From: Candidatus Heimdallarchaeota archaeon
GTDB taxonomy: Archaea; Asgardarchaeota; Heimdallarchaeia; Heimdallarchaeales; Kariarchaeaceae
DNA length: 26,574 bases
Direction: 5' to 3'
NCBI GenBank assembly: GCA_030149205.1
Contig: JASBSB010000011.1
Coordinates: forward strand, 1 to 26,574
The position numbers were made by a program, and so were the translations under genes. The notes under the pieces are model-generated. The model was not told where the DNA came from and made no database searches. It saw nothing but the letters and a program-made list of their open reading frames with translations. This document shows positions 23,373-26,574 of this stretch, in pieces (position 1 is the stretch's first letter; each line of letters opens with the position of its first letter).

Positions 23373-24092
23373 TCATATACTTGATACTTTAGTTCCACAG
23401 TAAGAACAAAACACATCACCATCTGCTAAATTTTTACCACAAGCATGACAGGCCTGTATCTTTACAGGGTTGCTTGAATTATACTTATATGATGATTGTA
23501 TGGGTTTTGCTGGTTTATTTGGCAAATATTCTGACTGAGTGTCAACTTCATATGAATTTTTGTATATATCCTGCCGATAACCTTCTTTTTGAGATGGAAC
23601 AATCTGCTGGTCTTCATATTTTGATGAGTTAGGTGGTACAGGGATGGGATATCTAATCAATAAGTAAATCATGAACAAGGTGTAAAGAACGTAAAAATAA
23701 TTGACAGATGATATTTGCAAACTGTTTGGGTTAAAAGAAAATGAAAGGATAAGATTTGCCAGCAGTGTCGGATAAATAAACTGATGAAAGGGAGGTTTAT
23801 TATTGAAATATCCATACCAGGTCAATATTCCACCGACAAAGACTATAATGAACAAACTACCTGCTAATATATCCACTTTTCTTCCACCAGCAATCACAAT
23901 CCCCAGTACCACAGCACTCCATATTTGAAATACTACAAAGATAGATAACGCTGTTAAAAACAGCTTCTGTGGTGGGTTGAGGAACAAAAAGTTTTGGAAA
24001 AAATTATTTTGAGGTTCACTATTCTTGGAAGTAATTTTGTCTGCTTGTGTATTTTTGGTTTTCTTTGCTTTTTTAGACAAGTAACTGATCAA
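23373..24092 (-). CDS. Membrane protein with C-terminal zinc ribbon
   Basis: About four hydrophobic segments, a low-complexity linker and CHACG...FCSYCG. The start codon is uncertain (TTG 24092 or 24080). Confidence 0.85.
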   Translation of the reverse strand: MISYLSKKAKKTKNTQADKITSKNSEPQNNFFQNFLFLNPPQKLFLTALSIFVVFQIWSAVVLGIVIAGGRKVDILAGSLFIIVFVGGILTWYGYFNNKPPFHQFIYPTLLANLILSFSFNPNSLQISSVNYFYVLYTLFMIYLLIRYPIPVPPNSSKYEDQQIVPSQKEGYRQDIYKNSYEVDTQSEYLPNKPAKPIQSSYKYNSSNPVKIQACHACGKNLADGDVFCSYCGTKVSSI

Positions 24093-24693
24093 AATAATAT
24101 AATGCTTAAAATTTTTATATTCAATCCCATGGATTATATCAAAAATTCTTTTCTACTACCCTGTGTTTCTCAACCCATTCATTATAACACGAAGTAGTCT
24201 TTGAAGATCTAGTTCAATAAGTGATTTTTCATGTGGATCGACTGTAGAATCTTTGCCCCAAAGCATATACCTGTATACTAAACTCTCCAAATACTGGCTG
24301 GTATATGGTTGGAAAGATGATATAACCACAATTAAAGGAAAAGCGTCATGGTGTTGAAGTGGTGGCATGTTTTTCTTTGATGATAATGCATGGATGTTTA
24401 GAAAAAGAGACCTAGTTGGTGAGAGACTTGGTAAATTTGTCAGAGAACATGGAATCCTCATAATGGCGTGTGTTCAATGTGCAAACATCAGGTCACTTAC
24501 TAAGAAAGTATTAGACAGTATGATTCTGTTGATATGATAGAAGGTGTACAAATGGGCTGTTTCCCGGATTTGTATGCGTCACTCAGCACTAATATGCCTG
24601 ACCAAATCATAACCTTATTGTCTGAATGAAAATTAGGGAACAAACCATCTCAATATTTATTAGTCTCAGATATTAATTTTTCTTTTTTTAAAA

Positions 24694-26232
24694 TTAATAG
24701 CTATAAGGTACGCAAACCCCATTGAGCATTCTTGCCAATTGAATTGACTGGTTGTGCAGGACTATTATTGATTCATTAACGGTAATTTTCAACCAAAGTC
24801 TATCTGTGGGCTGATAGGCCTCATAGAATATACTTGACTCAAAATTACTAATCGAGATAAAAGATGTATTGCTTGCAACCTTTGTGACATTATAGCATTT
24901 ATCCACCACGATGGAGTTTGGGGTCTTTCTTATAAGAACAATATTCGAAAAGGAAACATAACCAGAATACTCCTGTGAACCAGAGATGTACCCTTCAATG
25001 TTCGTCCCATTTACTGAGGTAGTATTAAAGTATCTTTGATACTCTACCTGGAATTGATTTGTGTTTATTGCAGCAAGCATTGATCCCCCCATTATTGCGA
25101 AAATCAGGGACATTATAGTTAAGCATCCAATTACAGTTAGCTTGTTCCCATTCATCCTAAAAAGTCTGAGATTTATTCTCTTGAAAATAAACGTTGCTAA
25201 TATTGCTAAAACTAATAGAACACTGAATTGAATAACTTGGTTTCCTAGATTTATCAAAAATGTGTAAATAGATTGATCTGGGGTGTAAAAAATTGCTCCA
25301 AACAGTATTATCGCTACAAAGAACTGTGAATAGACTAGTATGAACTTTAAAGCCTTGTCAGTGTAAGGTTTTTTTAACTTGAGTTTGGCCATTATTTTAG
25401 TATGAATTTTGTTGGTCACCTCATTCTCAAAAAAGTATGAAAAGGAGAGTAATATTAAAAACAAAAGCAACTGATCTAGAAAAAGTTTGACCTGATCAAA
25501 TGTTTTCCCTAACTCTGGAAATCCAATGAGAATATAAAGAAGGGTAAAATCTATATTTGCAGCAGCAACCAGAAGAAGCAGATAAAATTCAACCAAAGAA
25601 CCTTTGCTCTGCTGTGTTGGAAATTTAGCTATTTCTTCAATTACCTCTGGATAGGTCTTAAGCTTTATGGCGTTCTTCTGTTTTGAGAGCTTATGAATAA
25701 AAATTCCGATGTATACAATAATTAAGCCTAAAAGAGAAACAAGGATTGAATATTCTAATATCAAAACAGCTTTACTCTGTAGCTGGATTATGATTTTGGA
25801 AGTTATATTCGAACTTGAATGGTTAAAAGTGAGCAAATACCCTAAAGATCTTAGCATACTATAAGAAAAACTCCGAATTGAATTTTGAACAAACAATATT
25901 AAAACTGCTAATGGATAGTACAGATACTCGAATGACGGTGCATTGTTTATTTTCTTATGTCCATATATGATACGCCCTATCCCGTACAAACAAAACCCAA
26001 TAATAATATAGGAAATTTCAGAAAATTTTGGAATCACAGTTGTGTTAGTTTTTAGTAGGTATATGTTTGGATGTAAGTATTCATAGTAAAAGATACTCCC
26101 CTGAAACCTGAAATCAATAAATGAGGCAAGAATAATTAGAAGATAAAACACGGTCTCCAATATGTAAACCTGCTGAATCTTTCTAATTGATCTAATCCTC
26201 ACCAATATTTTTTTCAATAGTTTTTTTTTCAC
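24694..26232 (-). CDS. Polytopic membrane protein (512 aa) with a C-terminal soluble domain
   Basis: Many hydrophobic segments; the C-terminal domain is rich in NxS/T sequons and has two Cys. Confidence 0.8.
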   Translation of the reverse strand: MKKKLLKKILVRIRSIRKIQQVYILETVFYLLIILASFIDFRFQGSIFYYEYLHPNIYLLKTNTTVIPKFSEISYIIIGFCLYGIGRIIYGHKKINNAPSFEYLYYPLAVLILFVQNSIRSFSYSMLRSLGYLLTFNHSSSNITSKIIIQLQSKAVLILEYSILVSLLGLIIVYIGIFIHKLSKQKNAIKLKTYPEVIEEIAKFPTQQSKGSLVEFYLLLLVAAANIDFTLLYILIGFPELGKTFDQVKLFLDQLLLFLILLSFSYFFENEVTNKIHTKIMAKLKLKKPYTDKALKFILVYSQFFVAIILFGAIFYTPDQSIYTFLINLGNQVIQFSVLLVLAILATFIFKRINLRLFRMNGNKLTVIGCLTIMSLIFAIMGGSMLAAINTNQFQVEYQRYFNTTSVNGTNIEGYISGSQEYSGYVSFSNIVLIRKTPNSIVVDKCYNVTKVASNTSFISISNFESSIFYEAYQPTDRLWLKITVNESIIVLHNQSIQLARMLNGVCVPYSY

Positions 26233-26410
26233 TTCTACTTTAATAAAAATATCTTAAGCCAGATGTATATTGTTTGCTTCGGAGTTTAAGAGATAACAAG
26301 AATAAATGTTGTAATTACATAAAGGTTGAAATTTACTTGAATAGATCCAAAAAATTTTGCTGTTTTGCGTCATAAAAATTTTTCATTTTGTTAAATTATC
26401 AAGTAGAAGG

Positions 26411-26426
26411 TTTATGAGTTCATAAA
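26411..26426. promoter_or_regulatory. Inverted repeat TTTATGA-GT-TCATAAA, candidate XRE operator
   Basis: Perfect 7-bp arms ending 20 nt before ATG 26447. Confidence 0.4.
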
Positions 26427-26446
26427 TTAAGCAATTAATTGTAGGT

Positions 26447-26574
26447 ATGATAGACTCTGTAGTTAATCCAAAAATATTGACATGGAGTCGTCTTAAAATG
26501 GGGTGGGATATAGATAAGGCAGCAAAGAAAATTGGAGTTAAACCAGAAAAGTTAGAGCAGGTTGAGGAGGGTAA
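26447..26574 (+). CDS. 5' end of an XRE-family HTH protein, cut by the window edge; this N-terminus is typical of XRE-ImmA/IrrE peptidase fusions
   Basis: Absent from the ORF track. Manual translation: MIDSVVNPKILTWSRLKMGWDIDKAAKKIGVKPEKLEQVEEG, open to the window end. Confidence 0.8.
   Translation, partial: MIDSVVNPKILTWSRLKMGWDIDKAAKKIGVKPEKLEQVEEG

Noticed and set aside
24350-24362. In-frame TGA in WC*SGG as possible selenocysteine
   Set aside because: No start codon, no known selenoprotein motif and no identifiable SECIS; a nonsense codon or non-coding DNA is more likely.
23994-24461. ORFs 23994..24197 (+) and 24156..24461 (-)
   Set aside because: The first overlaps the zinc-ribbon gene start antisense. 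The second has a shadow-like N-terminal half, and its TetR-like ending is too weak to call.
1-26574. tRNA, rRNA, intact IS or transposase, cas1/cas2/cas4, cas10
   Set aside because: None recognisable in the sequence or the ORF track.

Overview
AT-rich archaeal defence island. The archaeal call rests on BRE-TATA promoters with apparently leaderless starts and an archaeal-type UMP kinase; Asgard origin is plausible but is only inference. Left to right: (1) the trailer end of a CRISPR array (7 copies of a 37-bp repeat, 30-515). (2) A 1.9-kb island holding three paralogous small genes behind a shared promoter motif, a tyrosine-recombinase remnant and a putative BECR-fold nuclease. (3) A degenerate repeat-spacer-repeat unit (2403-2513) that appears to continue the array beyond that island. 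(4) A membrane protein, a VOC protein and a D-2-hydroxyacid dehydrogenase. (5) A type I-B interference operon (cas8b, stand-alone cas11, cas7, cas5, cas3, cas6) with no cas1/2/4 in the window. (6) ywbE, then two CARF genes (Card1/Can2-like DUF1887 nuclease and Csa3-like CARF-wHTH regulator) with no cas10 in the window. (7) Divergent from csa3, a chain of overlapping ORFs: viperin, diverged PyrH-type kinase, 61-aa bridging ORF, Upf1-like SF1 helicase, unknown 350-aa protein, tandem-PLD protein. (8) Membrane proteins and the 5' end of an XRE regulator. The two most promising leads are the gene island embedded in the CRISPR array and a possibly cyclic-oligoadenylate-regulated viperin/kinase/helicase/PLD operon that shares a palindrome with the cas promoter region. 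All family calls come from motif recognition by eye; no database search was run.
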